Shown here: piece by piece, positions 60,487 through 64,000 of the stretch
How positions within the stretch are numbered: the first letter of the stretch is position 1
How the letters are laid out: every line of letters begins with the position of its first letter
From: Mustelus asterias
Lineage: Eukaryota
Reading direction: 5' to 3'
Assembly (NCBI RefSeq): GCF_964213995.1
Contig: NW_027590205.1
Span: 124,001-188,000, forward strand
DNA length: 64,000 nucleotides
The notes under the pieces: model-generated
The model's input: only the letters and a program-made list of their open reading frames with translations
What the model was told of the DNA's origin: nothing
Databases searched by the model: none
Position numbers and translations under genes: made by a program

Positions 60487-62981
60487 CATACATCGAACAT
60501 AGAACAGGCCCTTCGGCCCACGATGCTGTGCTGAGCTTTATCTGAAACCAAGATCAAGCTATCCCACTCCCTATCATCCTGGTGTGCTCCATGTGCCTAT
60601 CCAATAACCGCTTATATGTTCCTAAAGTGTCTGACTCCACTATCACTGCAGGCAGTACATTCCACACCCCAACCACTCTCTGCGTAAAGAACCTACCTCT
60701 GATATCCTTCCTATATCTCCCACCATGACCCCTATAGTTGTGACCCCTTGTCATACCTCCATCCACCCGAGGAAATAGTCTTTGAACGGTCACTCTATCT
60801 ATCCCCTTCATCATTTTATAAACCTCTATTAAGTCTCCCCTCAGCCTCCTCCACTCCAGAGAGAACAGCCCGAGCTCCCTCAACCTTTCCTCATAAGACT
60901 TACCCTCCAAACCAGGCAGCATCCTGGTAAATCTCCTTTGCACTCTTTCCAGCGCTTCCACATCCTTCTTATAGTGAGGTGACCAGAACTGCACACAATA
61001 TTCCAAATTTGGTCTCAGCAAGGTCCTGTACAGTTGCAGCATAACCCCACGGCTCTTAAACTCCAACCCCCTGTTAATAAAAGCTGACACACTATTGGCC
61101 TTCTTCACAGCTCTATCCATTTGAGTGGCAACCTTCAGAGATCTGTGGATATGGACCCCAAGATCTCTCTGTTCCTCCACAGTCTTCAGAACCCCACCTT
61201 TGACCCTGTAATCCACACTTAAATTTGTCGTACCAAAATGAAAAACCTCACATTTATCAGGGTTAAACTCCATCTGCCATTTTTCAGCCCAGCTTTGCAT
61301 CCTATCTATGTCTCTTTACAGTCTATAACAGCCCTCCACCTCATCCACTACTCCACCAATCTTGGTGTCATCAGCAAATTTACTGATCCACCCTTCAGCC
61401 ACCTCCTCTCGGTCATTAATAAAAATCACAAATAGCAGAGGACCAAGCACTGATTCCTGTGGCACTCCGCTAGCAACCTGCCTCCAGTCCGAAAATTTTC
61501 CATTCACCACCACCCTCTGTCTTTGATCAGACAGCCAGTTACCTATCTAATCAGCCAACTTTCCCTCTATCCCAACCTCCTTGCTTTCATCATAAGCTGA
61601 CCATGGGGGACCTCATCAAACGCCTTACTAAAATCCATGTTTCTGACATCAACTGCCCTACCTTCGTCAACACACTTAGTTACCTCCTCAAAAAATTCTA
61701 TCAAATTTGTGAGGCACGACTTGCCCTTCACGAATCCGTGCTGACTATCCCGGATTAATCCGCATCTTTCTAAATGGTCGTAAATCCCATCCCTAAGGAC
61801 CTTTTCCATCAACTTACCAACCACCGAAGTAAGACTAACCGGCCTATAATTACCAGGGTCATTTCTATTCCCTTTCTTAAAGAGAGGAACAACATTCGCC
61901 ACTCTCCAGTCCTCTGGCACCATCCCCATGGACAGTGAGGACCCAAAGATCAAAGCCAAAGGGTCTGCAATCTCATCCCTTGCCTCCCAAATAATCCTAG
62001 GATATATTTCATCAGGCCCGGGGGACTTCTCGACCTTCAGTTTATTCAAAACTGCGAGTACACCCTCCTGCCGAACATCTACTTCCTCCAGCCGATTAGC
62101 CTGTAACACCTTCTCTTCCTCAAAAACATGACCCCTCTCCTTGGTGAACACTGAAGAAAAGTATTCTTTCATCACCTCTCCTATCTCTACTGACTCCATA
62201 CACAAGTTCCCACTACTGTCCTTAATCGTCCCTAACCTCACCCTGGTCATTCTTTTATTCCTCACATAAGAGTAAAAAGCCTTGGGATTTTCCTTGATCC
62301 GACCCGCCAAGGACTTCTCATGCCCCCTCCTAGCTCTCCTAAGCCCCTTTTTCAGCTCATTCCTTGCTAACCTGTAACCCTCAATCGAGCCATCTGAACC
62401 TTGTTTCCTCATAAGCTTCCCTCTTCCTTTTTGCAAGACATTCCACCTCTTTTGTGAACCATGGTTCCCTCACTCGGCCATTTCCTCCCTGCCTGACAGG
62501 GACATACCTATCAAGGACACACAGTATTTGTTCCTTGAAAAAGTTCCACTTTTCATTAGTGCCTTTCCCCGACAGTTTCTGTTCCCATTTTATGCCCCCT
62601 AATTCTTGCCTAATCGCATCATAATGACCTCTCCCTCAATTATAAACCTTGCCCTGCCGTAAGGCCCTATCCCTCTCCATTGCAATAACAAAAGACACCG
62701 AATTGTGGTCACTATCTCCAAAGTGCTCTCCCACAACCAAATCTAACACTTGGCCCGGTTCATTTCCCAGTACCAAATCCAATGTGGCCCCACCTCTTGT
62801 CGGCCTATCCACATATTGTGTCAGGAAACCCTCCTGCACACACTGCACAAAAACTGCCCCATCCAAACTGTTCGACCTACATAGGTTCCAATCAATATTT
62901 GGAAAGTTAAAGTCCCCCATGACAACTACCCTGTGACCCCCACACCTATCCATAATCTGCTTAGCAATTTCTTCCTCCACC
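60487..62981 (-). mobile_element. CR1 LINE (end of APE domain plus RT), same family as 19073-21170
   Basis: ORFs 62636-62980, 61567-62436, 61316-61513 and 60554-61300. Confidence 0.93.
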
Positions 62982-63059
62982 CGGTTTCAGCAGCAGGTGA
63001 GCTGAGGCCAGGACAAAGTGGGGCGGTGTCACTGAGGTGGAAATAGGTAGTGTAGGTGG

Positions 63060-63860
63060 TGATGTGGCAAATAGAGTTAAATACAGATCAGTGTGAGGTG
63101 TTGCATCATGGAAAGTCAAACCAAGGTAGAACTTTCACGGTGAATGGGAGGACCTCAGGGAGTATCGTGGAACAGAGGGACCTTGGAGTTCAGGTACACG
63201 GTTCTCTTAAGTTGGAGTCACACGTAGATAGGGCAGTGAAGAAGGCTTTTGGCATGCTGGCCTTTATCAGTCAGGGCATTGAGTATAGGAGTTGGGAAGT
63301 TATGTTGCAGTTGTACAGGACTTTGGTGAGGCTGCACCTGGAATATTGTGTTCAGTTTTGGTCACCTTGATTTGGAAAGATGTTATTAAACTGGAGAGAG
63401 TGCAGAAGAGATTTACAAGGATGTTGCCAGGACTCGAGTTACAGGGAGAGATTGGACGGGCTAGGACTTTTTTCTTTGGAGCGTCGGAGACTGAGGGGTG
63501 ATCTTATAGAGGTGTGTAAGATCATGAGAGGCATGGATAGGTTGAATGCACTCAGTCTTTTTCGCAGGGTTGGGGAATTAAGAATTAGAGGGCATAAGTT
63601 TAAGTTAAGAGGAGAAAGAATGAATGGGAACCTGAGGAGCAGCTTTTTTACACAGAGGGTGGTACGTATGTGGAATGAGCTGCCGGAGGAAGTGGTTGAG
63701 GCAGGGCCATTGTCAACATTTAAAAGGCATTTGGACAGATACATGGATAGGAAAGGTTTAGAGGGATATGGGCCAAATGGAGTTAGCTCACATGGGCATT
63801 TTTGGTGAGCGTGGACCAGTTTGGGCCGAAGGGCCTGTCTCCGTGCTGTAGATTCTATGA
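63060..63860 (+). mobile_element. CR1 LINE 3' fragment
   Basis: ORFs 63056-63370 and 63380-63808. Confidence 0.88.
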
Positions 63861-64000
63861 GGATATGTTTGGAAGCTCAGTTTGAAGTGAAACATGTCAC
63901 TGAGGTTGTGAATATTCCGGTTCAGCCTCAGACAGTCGCAATGGGGACAGATGGAGTCAGTGGTTAGGAAGTGGGATTTGTTGCAGGGCTGATGATGACA

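Noticed and set aside
1-64000. Prokaryote-type systems (CRISPR arrays, retrons, operons)
   Set aside because: The sequence is intron-containing vertebrate DNA; all reverse transcriptase sequences belong to LINE-type retroelements and no repeat-spacer array is present.

Overview
Vertebrate genomic DNA, most likely from an elasmobranch (shark): it is dense in CR1-clade LINEs and HE1/V-SINE-type SINEs. The window holds the 3' end of a T-cell receptor delta locus on the + strand. This comprises four decayed J segments and two intact J segments with 12-bp-spacer RSSs (0.6-8.5 kb), then a three-coding-exon C-delta gene (Ig domain 15932-16243, hinge 18979-19041, TM 21582-21691) with a probable untranslated last exon ending near 23.36 kb. 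Downstream of C-delta is a mixed-orientation cluster of TCR alpha/delta-type V segments (40-51 kb), most of them damaged. After that come a duplicated tRNA-Val unit and exons 1-3 of a divergent EMC4 gene. No J-alpha/C-alpha is seen between C-delta and EMC4. The most striking item is a V segment downstream of C-delta in the SAME orientation. It has an intact promoter, leader and near-consensus 23-RSS but an 8-aa framework-3 deletion, and joining it to the J-delta segments would excise J-C-delta as a circle. Nearly all other ORFs in the track are LINE fragments, their antisense shadows, or microsatellite artefacts. Coordinates were read by eye, and repeat boundaries are approximate.
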